A stretch of DNA of 63,015 nucleotides, filler included, from Deltaproteobacteria bacterium (GCA_016218805.1; 7 parts of 7 records of this genome joined end to end with filler, not necessarily neighbours in it); one strand, 5' to 3'. Positions 40,197 through 53,174 are shown, counted from the whole stretch's first letter. A program made the numbers and translations. Notes: generated by a model from the letters alone, not told the origin.

Positions 40197-40267
40197 GCTG
40201 AGCGCCGGGCCGGGGGCTCGGCAGGAGCTGTCCCTGCGCCGCGGCCCCATCCCCGCGCCCGTGGGGG

Positions 40268-40489
40268 TCAGCGTTCCTTGAGCTTCACGCGGCCGTCGCC
40301 GCGGTCCAGCACGTCAAACTCGGCACCGCAGTAGTTGCACAGCACCTCTTCGCCGGCCTTGAACCCGTCGGGCACGGGGTTGTTGGCGTTGCATGAGGGG
40401 CACTCAAACTCGGTGTAGCCACCCCGGCTGTTGGGCTTGGGCTCGTCGTCTTCGTCGCCGGTGTATTCCTTGAGGTCGGTGATGGGCAT
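40268..40489 (-). CDS. Small zinc-ribbon protein
   Basis: FECPSC...LCNYCG. Confidence 0.75.
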   Translation of the reverse strand: MPITDLKEYTGDEDDEPKPNSRGGYTEFECPSCNANNPVPDGFKAGEEVLCNYCGAEFDVLDRGDGRVKLKER

Positions 40490-40513
40490 CTGGGCACCTG
40501 CGGCGTGCGCCCG

Positions 40514-43414
40514 TCAGGGAACGAACTGCGCGTTCCCTTCCTTGGGCGCTTCGCCGAGCTTGGGGATGATGAGCCGGTTGACCCCCGGCGCGAGCGTGAC
40601 GGTGTACTTGAACTTGCCCGCGGCGGTGACGAACTGCAGCGTGTGCTTCCCGCTGGAGAGTTGGAGCGGCTTGGCGGGGGCAACGGGCGTCTTGAGCCCG
40701 GTGGCCTTGCCATCCAGGACCACGTCCGCGCCGGTGGGCATGGTGCCAATGACCAGCGTGGCCGGTTCCTTCTTGTCGTCCTTCTTCTCCGGCGCGGTGG
40801 CCTCCTTCTTCTCCTTCTTCTCCGGCGGTGGCGCCTCCTTCTTCTCGGCCTTCTTTTCGGCCGGCTTCCGCTCTTCTTCCTTCTTGGCGGGCGCGGCGGT
40901 CTCCCGCTTCTCCTCCTTCTTCTTCTCGGCGGGCGCGGCGGTCTCCCGCTTCTCCTCCTTCTTCTCGGCGGGCGCGGCGGTCTCCCGCTTCTCCTCCTTC
41001 TTCTCCGCGGGCGCGGCGACCTCCTTCTTTTCCTCCTCCTTCTTCTCTGCGGGCGCGGGGGCCGCCTGCACGTCCTCCTTGCAGTCCTTGCCGCCCTTAC
41101 CCTTCTTGCACTTGGCGTCCCCCTTCTTGTCGTCCGGCGTGGGCTGCGCCGGCTGGGGGGTGGGGGCGGCTGTCTCGTCGGCCTCCGCCTGGATGACCAC
41201 TTCGCCGCCGGCGGTGACGGTCACCGTCTCCTTGGTGGTCAGCAACCCGGGGCCGCGCAGCATCACGGTGTGCTGGCCCGTCGGGATATGCGCCAGCAGC
41301 GCCGGCACGCCCGTGGCTTTGACCTCGCCGTCCACCACGACCTCCGCCGCTGGGAGCGCCCCCCCGCTCTGTGCCTCCACGCGGATGGTCCCCTCCTTGG
41401 GCTTCCCGCCGGGCACCAGCACCGCCAGCGCAATGATCAACGCCAGCAGCCCGACGAGCGCCCCGCCGATCACCGCGACCTTCTTGGGTCCCAGCAGCGT
41501 GATGAGCGCGAGACCCTTGTTGTCCTTCTCCTTCTTGGCGGGCGCAGGCCGGACGGCAATGGGCGTCTTTTCGGCCGGTTTGTCCGCGGGCCTGGCGGCA
41601 CCCGTGTCCGCCGGCTTGTCATCCGGGGCGGCCGCCTCCGGTGGCTTGAGGGGCAGTTGTACGGCCTGCGTCTGTGCGGAGGGGTCAATCAGCAACTCCC
41701 CAGTGTTGCCGGCGAACAGGTCATCCTTCAGCGGGGTCTTGGCGGAGGTGGGCGGGCGCCCGGGCCCCGAGGTGGGTTTGACCGGGTCCCGCATGCCGCT
41801 CATCTGCGGTGCGGGCTTCTCCTTGTCCTTGGTGGCCGGGACCTTGGGGTTGGAGGTGTGGCCGTTGGCGCCGTTGCCACCCTTGGCAGCGGCGGGAGGG
41901 GCGGGGGCGGCCTCAGACTTGGGCGGCGTGAGCGGGGGGCGGGCGGTGGGGCGGCGCAGCGACGGATTGGAGGGTCCGCCGGCCACGGCGGCGCCCACAC
42001 CCGAGGCGCCCAGCGCGCGGTGTTCCCCGGTGGGGCGCGAGCGGGAGGCCGAGGGCGCGGCCGCCACGGGCGGGAGGCCGGCGCGGCTGGGCGGCGGGCG
42101 GCGCGGGGGCGGTACCGCCTCCTCGTCGGGCGGGGGTGACAGCGAAGTGCGCGCATCGGCCTCGTCGGAGGCGCCGTGGTCCACAAAGTCGGGGTCGTCG
42201 CGCGCCTCCATGGCCGGGTCCGTGGAGGGGTCCTCGTCCGTGGGGACGCGCTGCGCCACGGTGGCCTTGGGCCCGGACTTCTGGGGCGCCACAGCGGGCC
42301 GGCGGCCGCTGGCCGGCGGTGCTGCGGCGGCCTGGGCGGCGCCAGCGTCCGCGCCCGCGGCGGGCAGCGCCTGGGATGCCTCATAGACAAACGTCTTCTC
42401 CGGCCCAAACTCGTCCGCCGGCTCCGGCTCCTCCACCGGGGCCTGGATCTTCAGGTACTCCTCCATCTTCGCCTGCTCGAGCGCGATCTCGGCGGCGTAG
42501 GCCTCGCGCATGTACCCGGCGAGCTTCTTGGTGGAGTAGATGGACCGCTCCTCGATGAGGCAGGGCTGCAGGTCCTCGGCGAGGTCAGAGGCCCACTGGT
42601 AGCGGTCCTCCACCTCGCGGGCCAGCGCCTTCATGACAATGCCTTCGAGTTCCTTGTTGACCTTCTTGTTGTACGCGGTGGGCGGCACCACCTCGGCGTT
42701 GCGCACCTTCTCCAGCGTCGAGAAATCGCTCTCGCCGATGAACAGCCGCTCGCCGGTGAGCATCTCGTACAGCAGCACGCCTACGGCAAAGATGTCACTG
42801 CGGCGGTCAATGGGCAGGCCGCGCACCTGCTCCGGGCTCATGTAGCCAAACTTGCCCTTGAGCACGCCGGCCTGCGTCTTGGACGCGCGGTTGGCGGCCT
42901 TGGCAATGCCAAAGTCGATGACCTTGACCTCGCCCTCATACCCCACAAGCACGTTCTGCGGGCTGACGTCCCGGTGAATGATGTTCATCGGGTTGCCGGT
43001 GGGGTCCTTCTTGCGGTGGGCGTAGTCCAGCGCGTCACAGATCTTGGAGGCGACAAAGGCAGCCTGCGGGATGGACAGCAGCGAGCCGTTGGCGCGCACC
43101 TTGTCCAGGATGGTGCGCAGGTCACGCGACGGCACGTACTCCATGGCCATGTAGAAGTGGTCGCCCTGCTTGGCCAGCTCATAGATCTGGACGATGTTGG
43201 CGTGCGCCAGCTGGACGCTGATGCGCGCCTCGTCAATGAACATGCGGATGAACTCTTCATCCTCCACCATGGTGGGGAGGATCCGCTTGATGGCGACGAG
43301 CTTTTCAAACCCCGCCACGCCGAAGGTCTTGGCCTTGAAGACCTCCGCCATGCCGCCCACGTTGACGCGCTCCAGCAGCAGGTACTTGCCGAATTGGATG
43401 GGATAGCGCGCCAT
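40514..43414 (-). CDS. Hanks-type Ser/Thr kinase with Pro/Ala linker, TM helix and PEGA domains
   Basis: GGMAEVF, AIKR, HRDVSPQN, DFGIAK, YMSPEQ; TM segment; AAPAEKKEEKRET repeats. Confidence 0.95.
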   Translation of the reverse strand: MARYPIQFGKYLLLERVNVGGMAEVFKAKTFGVAGFEKLVAIKRILPTMVEDEEFIRMFIDEARISVQLAHANIVQIYELAKQGDHFYMAMEYVPSRDLRTILDKVRANGSLLSIPQAAFVASKICDALDYAHRKKDPTGNPMNIIHRDVSPQNVLVGYEGEVKVIDFGIAKAANRASKTQAGVLKGKFGYMSPEQVRGLPIDRRSDIFAVGVLLYEMLTGERLFIGESDFSTLEKVRNAEVVPPTAYNKKVNKELEGIVMKALAREVEDRYQWASDLAEDLQPCLIEERSIYSTKKLAGYMREAYAAEIALEQAKMEEYLKIQAPVEEPEPADEFGPEKTFVYEASQALPAAGADAGAAQAAAAPPASGRRPAVAPQKSGPKATVAQRVPTDEDPSTDPAMEARDDPDFVDHGASDEADARTSLSPPPDEEAVPPPRRPPPSRAGLPPVAAAPSASRSRPTGEHRALGASGVGAAVAGGPSNPSLRRPTARPPLTPPKSEAAPAPPAAAKGGNGANGHTSNPKVPATKDKEKPAPQMSGMRDPVKPTSGPGRPPTSAKTPLKDDLFAGNTGELLIDPSAQTQAVQLPLKPPEAAAPDDKPADTGAARPADKPAEKTPIAVRPAPAKKEKDNKGLALITLLGPKKVAVIGGALVGLLALIIALAVLVPGGKPKEGTIRVEAQSGGALPAAEVVVDGEVKATGVPALLAHIPTGQHTVMLRGPGLLTTKETVTVTAGGEVVIQAEADETAAPTPQPAQPTPDDKKGDAKCKKGKGGKDCKEDVQAAPAPAEKKEEEKKEVAAPAEKKEEKRETAAPAEKKEEKRETAAPAEKKKEEKRETAAPAKKEEERKPAEKKAEKKEAPPPEKKEKKEATAPEKKDDKKEPATLVIGTMPTGADVVLDGKATGLKTPVAPAKPLQLSSGKHTLQFVTAAGKFKYTVTLAPGVNRLIIPKLGEAPKEGNAQFVP

Positions 43415-43599
43415 GGGTCCTGCAAGGGCCCCCGTGTGTGGACGGTGAAGAAACGAGTCTAGGTGCCGCCTTGGCTCAACGTCAAAACGTTGGACCGTCN
43501 NNNNNNNNNNNNNNNNNNNNNNNNNNNNNNNNNNNNNNNNNNNTTAATTAATTAANNNNNNNNNNNNNNNNNNNNNNNNNNNNNNNNNNNNNNNNNNNN

Positions 43600-43812
43600 A
43601 GGCAAAGCCGGCCCCGGCGAGCGCAGCGGCAGTCCACGGTCAGAACACGCTGCGGACCAACTGGGTCCGTGGAGGGGAACCCCGTTCCCAAAAAGCAAAA
43701 GGGATGAAACGAAAGGACGGATGAAGGAAGGGGAGGCGGCAGGGCCGCGATGAGTAAACGCGAATGGTGACCATGCCGGGGCGGCGCCAAAGCCCCCCGC
43801 ACCCGTCTGCCC
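43600..43812. repeat. Multicopy non-coding element, copy 2 (truncated by contig start)
   Basis: Matches 31364-31577. Confidence 0.9.
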
Positions 43813-43865
43813 GCGGGAATCCGCATCCGCGCACCGCTGCCACTGCCCCGTGTTTTCCGACGAGC

Positions 43866-46066
<2,201 letters not shown>

Positions 46067-46076
46067 TACCCGCCCG

Positions 46077-46556
46077 CTACTGCAGATCCCCCGAGGTCAT
46101 CCGGCGGGTGCGTGCGCCCCGCTCCCGCAGGGACGCCACCACGCGCTTCTTGTCCGCGCGCTTGAAACCCACGTGCATGGCGGCGGCGCGGTCCTCCAGG
46201 TGGTGCAGCAGCACGCGCCACAGGAAGTGGAACGTCTCCACGTGGTCCGCGGACGGGCACGCCGCCTGGATGGCCCCCGAGCGCACCTGCTGGTCCAGCA
46301 GTTCAATCTCATGCTCCACTTCCAGGTCCAGGAACGTGCACAACAGCGCCACCATGGCGTCATCCGGCGCGGGCAGGCGCGGCAGCGCCAGCCGGAAGCG
46401 CCGCGCAAACGCGGCGTCCGCCCACAGGTCATCCTCAACGGGCGGCGGGAAGCGCACGCAGCGCTCGTGCAGCTCCGCGCCCACCAGGTCCGCCAGCACT
46501 TCGCGGCTGTCATGGTAGTGCTTGTCAATGAGGTCGTACTTGCCCATGGGGCTCAC
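46077..46556 (-). CDS. Hypothetical protein
   Basis: 159-aa ORF overlapping the upstream activator stop; host-like codons. Confidence 0.65.
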   Translation of the reverse strand: MSPMGKYDLIDKHYHDSREVLADLVGAELHERCVRFPPPVEDDLWADAAFARRFRLALPRLPAPDDAMVALLCTFLDLEVEHEIELLDQQVRSGAIQAACPSADHVETFHFLWRVLLHHLEDRAAAMHVGFKRADKKRVVASLRERGARTRRMTSGDLQ

Positions 46557-47669
46557 TGCACCTCAGTGGGTGACGACGGGCGCCCCACGCGCGAGCCATA
46601 CACCGACGGGTCCAGGTTGTGCTTCTTGAGAAGGAGGAAAAAGCTCTTGCGGTCCAGCCCGGAGCGCTTGGCCGCCACCGTGATGTTGCCCTTGCACTCG
46701 CGCAGCATGCGCTCCACGTAGGTGGCTTCAAACGCCGTCACCATGCGGGTCTTGGCGTCCTTGAACGTGCCGGTCATGTCCCCGCCGGAAACGCCGGGCA
46801 CGGCCACCAGCCCACGCGGGGCCGCCAGACCCAGGTCCGGCGCGTCAATGCGGCGCCCGGCGCACAGCACCACCGCCTGGTGGATGCGGTTTTCAAGTTC
46901 ACGCACGTTGCCCGGCCAGCGGTACGCCTCCATGGCGGCCAGCCCCGCGTCAGTGAAACCCTCCAGATCCCGCCCGTGCTCCGCGCAGAAGCGCTTGAGG
47001 AAGTGCGTGCCCAGCAGCGGCACATCCCCCTGGCGGTCCCGCAGCGGCGGGAGGCTCAGCGTGACAATGTTGAGGCGGTAGTAGAGGTCTTCGCGGAAGC
47101 GGCCCTGGCGTATGAAGGCGGGCAGGTCCCGGTGCGTGGCCGTGATGATGCGGACGTCCGCCTTGAGTGTCTGCGGGCTCCCCAGCGGCTTGTAGTCGCG
47201 CGCCTGCAGAAACCGCAGCAGCTTCACCTGGACGGGGAGGCTCACGTCGCCAATCTCGTCCATGAACAGCGTGCCGCCCTGGGCGTTCTCCACCAGGCCC
47301 GGCGTGTCACGGTGCGCGTCGGTGAAGGCGCCGCGCTTGTAACCAAACAGTTCGCTCTCCAGCAGCGTATCCGGCAGCGCGCCGCAGTTGACGGCGACCA
47401 GGCGCGCGCGCGCCCGGCGGGACTGGTTGTGGATGGCGGTGGCAATGAGCTCCTTGCCGGTGCCGGATTCGCCCAGGATCATGACGGGCGCATCTGTCTT
47501 GGCAATGAGCGGCAGGCGCGCCAGCAGCGCCCGCAGCGACGAGCTGTTGCCGATGATCTGCGAGGTGGCGGCGTGGTCCCGGTCACGCAGCTGTTCCAGC
47601 TCACCGCGCAGGCGGGCGTTCTCCCGCCGGCGCTCCATGCCCTCAATGCTCTTGCGGATCCGGTGGAGG
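46553..47669 (-). CDS. Sigma-54-dependent (NtrC-family) transcriptional activator, 5'-truncated by contig end
   Basis: GESGTGKE, ESELFG, GAFTDA, FREDLYYRLN, WPGNVREL, Fis-type HTH. Confidence 0.95.
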
Positions 47670-47769
47670 NNNNNNNNNNNNNNNNNNNNNNNNNNNNNNN
47701 NNNNNNNNNNNNNTTAATTAATTAANNNNNNNNNNNNNNNNNNNNNNNNNNNNNNNNNNNNNNNNNNNN

Positions 47770-47844
47770 GCCCGGGCAGCCGGGAGCGCCGGCGCAGAGC
47801 GCCAGCAGGAGGGATTTCTTCAATAACGACGTCGGGTTTCGCAT
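47770..47844 (-). CDS. N-terminus of a probable lipoprotein truncated by contig start
   Basis: MRNPTSLLKKSLLLALCAGAPGCPG. Confidence 0.4.
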
Positions 47845-47967
47845 GGTCGTGCACGCCCTTACCACGGGCCACATGAGTCGTCACGGGGGACTGGTGTTTG
47901 AACGGACGGCACCGCCCCCGGTTCTGGGGTTGTTGTGAGGGCGGTCGGCCGCGCCTAGAAGTGCGCC

Positions 47968-48273
47968 ATGCCATACGTCGAGCCGAAGTACTTCTGCCAG
48001 AAATGCAACCACGAGCTGGTCTTCGACGTGAAGATGGGCTTCCGCGACACGTGCCCGCACTGCGCGTCCGACCTGCACGTCTGCAAGAACTGCCAGCTGT
48101 ATGACCCGGGCGCCCACAACGCCTGCCGCGAATCCCAGACCGACTACACGCCCGACAAAGAGAAGGCGAACTTCTGCGGCTGGTTCAAGTTCATTGAGGG
48201 CGCGCGCGAGGAGAACAAGGAGGTAGCCAAGGCCAAGGCCGCCCTGGATGCCCTGTTCAAGAAGAAGGGCTGA
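47968..48273 (+). CDS. Small Cys-rich (zinc-binding) conserved hypothetical protein
   Basis: CQKC, CPHC, LHVCKNC, KEKANFC, ALDALFKK. Confidence 0.85.
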   Translation: MPYVEPKYFCQKCNHELVFDVKMGFRDTCPHCASDLHVCKNCQLYDPGAHNACRESQTDYTPDKEKANFCGWFKFIEGAREENKEVAKAKAALDALFKKKG

Positions 48274-48988
48274 CCGCGGCACCCCAGTACGGCTCTGCGA
48301 GGAAGTGCCCCGGTTCACGCTTGCGGTGCTTGCGGAATCCGCGCGCCTCCAGCCAGCGCCGCACCTCCGCAATCATGCCCGGGTTGCCGCACACCAGGGC
48401 AAACACGCTCCCCGGCACCGGCCCCAGCTCCTCCAGCAACGCGGTCACGCGGCCCGTCCGCCCGGTCCACGCCGGGTCGCGCGTGGTGGTGGGCAGGTAG
48501 GTGAGCCCGGGCCAGCCGGCCAGCAGTTCCCGGTAGGCCAGTCCGCCGGCAGTGCGGCCCCCGTGCACCACGGTGACCGCGCGGCCAGGGCATTGCCCGG
48601 CGCGCAACTGGCTCACCAGCGGCGCCGTCCCCGTCCCCGTGGCCACCAGCAGCAGCGGCATCCCGGGGGGGACATCCCGCAGCGTGAAGCTGCCGGCGCC
48701 CACCTGCTCCAGGTGCACGCGGTCCCCCGCGGACAGCGCGCACAGCCGCGGGGACAGCACGCCACCGTCCACGCGCGTGATGGCAAACTCGGCCACCGCA
48801 TCCCCAGGCGCGGAGGTGACGGAATAGGGCCGTTTCACCATGGTCCCGTCAGCGGCGGGCAACCCCAGGTTCACAAATTGCCCCGGAATGAACGTCAGCG
48901 GTCCCGCATCATGCGCTATGCGCAGCACGGCCAGGTAGGGAACGTCACGCCGGACATCCACCACCCGCGCGTCCAGCGCCGGCGTCAC
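48257..48988 (-). CDS. Ferredoxin-NADP+ reductase-family oxidoreductase
   Basis: FIPGQFVNLGL, KRPYS, ATGTGTAP, VCGNPGMI, AEPYW. Confidence 0.88.
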   Translation of the reverse strand: MTPALDARVVDVRRDVPYLAVLRIAHDAGPLTFIPGQFVNLGLPAADGTMVKRPYSVTSAPGDAVAEFAITRVDGGVLSPRLCALSAGDRVHLEQVGAGSFTLRDVPPGMPLLLVATGTGTAPLVSQLRAGQCPGRAVTVVHGGRTAGGLAYRELLAGWPGLTYLPTTTRDPAWTGRTGRVTALLEELGPVPGSVFALVCGNPGMIAEVRRWLEARGFRKHRKREPGHFLAEPYWGAAVSPSS

Positions 48989-49584
48989 CGGACCGCCTCC
49001 AACGGGACGTCCAGCACTGGGAAGCGCTCGGCGTCCTGGGATTCAAAATGCCACCATTCACTGCGGATGCCCCGGAAACCCGCCGCTTCAAACGCGTCCC
49101 GCAACACCTTGCGGCGCTCCACGGCAATCGGCGTGTGCCGCGCGGAGTGCAGGTTGGCCCGCGTGGTGAAATCGTCAAAATCAGTGGGCATCTCCACGTC
49201 CCGGCCCTCCAGGTCCGCCAGGCTCACGTCCACCGCGCCCCCGCGGTTGTGCACGCTGCCGGGCTGCGGCGGCGCCACGTAGCCCCGCACCGGATGTGCC
49301 TCCCACATAACCTTCTGCACGCGGTGCGGCCGGTAGCAGTCCCACGCCTTCACCCGGTAGCCCTGCTTGCGCAGCAGGTCCGCGGCCACCTTCAGGCGTT
49401 CCGCGGCTTCGCGGCGGAGCAGGCAGCGCGCCACCGGGTAGAGCCGGCGCTTGAGGAAGTTGTTCTCGGAGGCGTAGCGCAGGTCCAGGACCAGGTCCGG
49501 CACCACCGTGGTGACGTCAACCAGGTCCGGCGCCGCCGGCGGCGCGGCCACCAGCAGCCAGGACAGCAGCGCCGCCGTGATCAT
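48985..49584 (-). CDS. ddpX: D-Ala-D-Ala dipeptidase (M15D, VanX/DdpX family)
   Basis: DLRYA..NNF, WDCYRP, GSVHNRGGAVDV, SEWWHF. Confidence 0.9.
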   Translation of the reverse strand: MITAALLSWLLVAAPPAAPDLVDVTTVVPDLVLDLRYASENNFLKRRLYPVARCLLRREAAERLKVAADLLRKQGYRVKAWDCYRPHRVQKVMWEAHPVRGYVAPPQPGSVHNRGGAVDVSLADLEGRDVEMPTDFDDFTTRANLHSARHTPIAVERRKVLRDAFEAAGFRGIRSEWWHFESQDAERFPVLDVPLEAVR

Positions 49585-52250
49585 CCGCGCCGGCGCCGCC
49601 GCACCCACGCGAACGCCGCCGCCACCAGCCCCACCGCGGGCAGGCCGGGAAGCGTGCCGGCGCAAGTGCACGCCGGGTTGGCCGGGGCGTCCCCGCCGCT
49701 GCCGCCGCCCCCCGAGGAGGAGGACGACGAGCTGCCCGCGTCCGGCACCGGGTTGCCCGCGTCAGGCGCCGGCGCCACGTCCAGCGTGATGCGGATGTTG
49801 GACAGCGTCACGCCGCTGTCCGCCAGGACCAGGAAGCCGGCGTAGTAGGTGCGCGGCGCCGCGAGTCCGTCCGCGCTGACCGCTTCCTGGTGGTTCACGT
49901 GGCCGGTGTCGGCGTTGGGCGTGACGGTGATCTCCGTGCCGTCATGGGACGGGTGGTTGTTGCTGTACGTGTAGGCAATGGCCGCGTCCGGCTTGAGCAC
50001 CAGGCCCATCCGGTTGTCCGCCGGCCCGCTGCCAAACATCTGCCCCGCAATGCCGCCACCCCGCGCATCCAGGTCCAGCGTGAAGCTCCGGGTGCGCGCT
50101 GGCAGGTCCAGCCGCAGCTGCATGTGGCCGGGCGCGTAGTCCAGCAACCCCGCCTCCTGCACGCCCATGAATTGCAGGTAATCCACGCCCACCGTTTCCG
50201 TGACGCCGTTGACGTCCCGCACCACGCGGCGCGCGCGCACGCAGTCCGCCACGCCGTGGTCCGCCAGCGCCGCGTCCACCGCGCCCTCCGTGCCCGGGAA
50301 CTCCGCCACCACGGAGGTCTTCACCGCCGCAGAGGCCTGCGCAAAGGACGCGTTCACCGGGAGCGTGGCCACCGCCAGGTGCACGGCCTTCTCCATGCGG
50401 TTGGCCTTGGCTGCGTCCGTCTCCGCCCCCAGCGCCTTGCGCAGGGACCACAGCGCGGAGGACCAGGCGCGGCTGTCGTCGTGGACCTCACCCGTGGTGC
50501 TGTCCGGACAGTTCCAGGGATCTTCCGCGTTGCGGATGCCCAGCTCGCCAATGACCATCCCCGCCCCGGCGTATTCCCCGGTGGCTGCGCTGTTGGTGAA
50601 ACTCTCGGAAAAGAAGTCCGCAAATCCCTCGTTCAGCCCGCCGGCTTCGTCCCGCACGCCCCAATGGTCCCGGAACGCGCCGGACAGGCCGTAGGGAACG
50701 CCCGCATTGGTGACAATGGTGTGAATCGTGGCGTGGGTGAATTCATGGTAAATCACGTCGGCGTCATACACAAAGTCCCGCTGCGTGCCCTGGAAGAACA
50801 CCAGCCGGTCGTACGGCGACACCAGGCCCGGGATGTCAAACGGGAGACCCGTCTGGTCAATGTTGCCCGGCTGGAAGAACGCGTTGTCCACGCGCATCAG
50901 CCCGTCAAAGACCACCGGGTTGGTGGCGGACGTGCCCTTGCCGCCGGAACCCGCCGGGCACACAAACGGAATTGCACAGATTTGGCAGATGGCGGCCGTC
51001 ATGGAGCTCTGGTCCAGCGCCGGCATCATGTAGTTCACGTCCACATGCAGCGGCGCGGCCGGCACGCCCGCGGTGCAGTCCTGCCCGGACAGGCAGAACT
51101 GCGGGTCGCCCAGCATGTCACGCAGGTGCTGCTCAAAGGTGTGCACATGGTAGTACGCCATCACCTCGGCAAAATCGTCCTCTTCGCTGCGCAGGGCCTG
51201 GTCACGCGGCGTGGCCACGTCCAGCGGTTCAAACTCAAAGCCGCCGCCGGTCAGCCGCGCCTTGTGCAGGCTGGCGCAGAATTGCGCGTCCACATAGATG
51301 GGGTCCGGAAGGTTGCAGGCCTGCTCCAGTTCCGGCGCCACGGACAGCACCAGGTCCTTGGGCAGCGTGAAGGGCAGCCGCGCCTGCACGCCGCCGTCCT
51401 CCAGCGCGCCCACGCACCGCTGCTCCACGCACCCACCGTCGCTGTCCGTGCCCGCGCACTCCACCTTCTTGCAGCAGTTGAACGCCTCCACAAACTCGCC
51501 CCGCAGGTGCCCGCCATCCACCAGTCCGGTGAGCGCCACCGTCTCGGTTGCACCCGTGCCGTCAGCGCCGGGGTTGGGGTCGTACACCTTGCCGGGCGCG
51601 TTGTAGTCCAGCGCCAGGCGGCGCCGGGACAGCACCGCGCCCGTGCGCGCGTCCACCAGAATCTCCACCGAGTTCTGCGGCAGCGCGGAGTCCATCCGCA
51701 GGCGCCAGGCGGGGATCAGCCCGTCCTCGCGCGCCAGGAGGACCTGCCGTGCGCCCAACGCCAGCACATCCCGCGTCAGCGCGGCGGGCGCCATGGCCGG
51801 GCGTGCGGTGAGGGCCACGTCCGCGGCCTGTGCCGGGGACAACTCAAAGCGCCCCTGCACCGCGCCCGCGCGCTGGCCGCGCACCGCGCCCAGCACGCTG
51901 CCGTCGCCGTCCACCAACACCGCCACGCCCGCGCCCAGCACCGGCACGCCGTCCACCGTCTCGTGGAACCGGACCACCGCGCGGTCCCCGGCGCGCGTCA
52001 CCGGGCCTTCGCGCAGGGAAGGGTGCAGGGACAGGGCCGCGCCGTGCGCCGCCAGAAACACCCGCGCCGCATCCACGGGTGCCAGCCGCCCCGTGGCGAA
52101 GCGGAACCCGCCCAGAATATCCACCGCGCCGGCCGCGTCCCGATGCAGAACCGTGGGGCGCAGTGCCGCCACAGTCACTTCCGCGGCCGCCGGCTCCATG
52201 GGCGCTCCCAGCAGGACGACGACGGGAAGGAGGAGAAGCGGCGTGGTCAT
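49581..52250 (-). CDS. Secreted M4/M36-type zinc metallopeptidase with propeptide and MYXO-CTERM-like anchor
   Basis: DADVIYHEFTH, GLNEGFADF, GEVHDDS; CTC, TM segment and RRRRR tail. Confidence 0.88.
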   Translation of the reverse strand: MTTPLLLLPVVVLLGAPMEPAAAEVTVAALRPTVLHRDAAGAVDILGGFRFATGRLAPVDAARVFLAAHGAALSLHPSLREGPVTRAGDRAVVRFHETVDGVPVLGAGVAVLVDGDGSVLGAVRGQRAGAVQGRFELSPAQAADVALTARPAMAPAALTRDVLALGARQVLLAREDGLIPAWRLRMDSALPQNSVEILVDARTGAVLSRRRLALDYNAPGKVYDPNPGADGTGATETVALTGLVDGGHLRGEFVEAFNCCKKVECAGTDSDGGCVEQRCVGALEDGGVQARLPFTLPKDLVLSVAPELEQACNLPDPIYVDAQFCASLHKARLTGGGFEFEPLDVATPRDQALRSEEDDFAEVMAYYHVHTFEQHLRDMLGDPQFCLSGQDCTAGVPAAPLHVDVNYMMPALDQSSMTAAICQICAIPFVCPAGSGGKGTSATNPVVFDGLMRVDNAFFQPGNIDQTGLPFDIPGLVSPYDRLVFFQGTQRDFVYDADVIYHEFTHATIHTIVTNAGVPYGLSGAFRDHWGVRDEAGGLNEGFADFFSESFTNSAATGEYAGAGMVIGELGIRNAEDPWNCPDSTTGEVHDDSRAWSSALWSLRKALGAETDAAKANRMEKAVHLAVATLPVNASFAQASAAVKTSVVAEFPGTEGAVDAALADHGVADCVRARRVVRDVNGVTETVGVDYLQFMGVQEAGLLDYAPGHMQLRLDLPARTRSFTLDLDARGGGIAGQMFGSGPADNRMGLVLKPDAAIAYTYSNNHPSHDGTEITVTPNADTGHVNHQEAVSADGLAAPRTYYAGFLVLADSGVTLSNIRITLDVAPAPDAGNPVPDAGSSSSSSSGGGGSGGDAPANPACTCAGTLPGLPAVGLVAAAFAWVRRRRRG

Positions 52251-52437
52251 GGTGTTCCTTTCACGAAACCCGGTCGGGACCGGCCTTCGATGCGCGTCCA
52301 GGGAAAAGGTTGCGGGTGCTTAGCACATGCGCCACCGGGCCCAAGCCATGCGCCGCCTCCGTCGATCGTCCGTCTTGACACCTGAGCGACCGCGCCCGTA
52401 ACAGACCCGCCCCCACCCCGGAGCGTCGAGAACGGAC

Positions 52438-53079
52438 ATGAACCTGATTGCCACCACCCTGGTGCTTGCCCTGGCGGCTGCCAAACCGGCCAAGGCACCC
52501 CCTGCCGCCGGCCCCTTCAACGCGGAGGACTACCGCCTCTATTGCGGCTGGCTCACCGAGGTCACCAAGGACGAGAACAAGGGCCTCTCCAAGGACAAAC
52601 AGGTGGGGAAGGTGGCCAAGCTGGCCAAGGTCAAGCCGGCCCAGCTCAAGGCGGTGGTGGACAAGGGGGACAAGGCCGGCGGGGACTGCGCCGCCATTGC
52701 CAAGCAGATGGAGGACAAGGCGCGCGGGGCCCTGGCCGGGACCCCATTGGAGAAGCGCCTGGAGAGCCTGCAGCTGGACACTGAAGACCCCTCCCACGTG
52801 GTGGCCTACGTGGCCTGGAAGGGTGACCAGGAAAAGCTGCTGGAGGAGGAGGCGTCCCTGCTGGTGTTCACCGTGATGAACGAGGCGCCCATTGTCACCA
52901 CGCTGTCCGTGCGCGCCGTGGACCCCAAGGACGGTGAGACGGCGCTGTTCGAGGGGAAGATTGCCGCGGACAACGTGGGCCGCATCCAGAAGGAACGCAT
53001 CAACAGCTTTGCTGACTCCATGTACATCAAGTGGTTTGACGGCGTGGTCTGGGCCAACCCGGCCGCCCACAAGAGGTAG
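52438..53079 (+). CDS. Hypothetical exported protein
   Basis: Signal peptide; strong host codon bias. Confidence 0.8.
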   Translation: MNLIATTLVLALAAAKPAKAPPAAGPFNAEDYRLYCGWLTEVTKDENKGLSKDKQVGKVAKLAKVKPAQLKAVVDKGDKAGGDCAAIAKQMEDKARGALAGTPLEKRLESLQLDTEDPSHVVAYVAWKGDQEKLLEEEASLLVFTVMNEAPIVTTLSVRAVDPKDGETALFEGKIAADNVGRIQKERINSFADSMYIKWFDGVVWANPAAHKR

Positions 53080-53174
53080 GAGCACAGCCCACCGCGCCCG
53101 GCGGGAAGAACTCGCGGGATCCCGGGCACACCGGCTAGAGTGTATCGGCGCTCGTCGCGAGAGGTTGCGTTGAG

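Noticed and set aside
46553..47669. GAFTDA in place of GAFTGA as a sign of an inactive activator
   Set aside because: GAFTDA is a common natural variant among sigma-54 activators.
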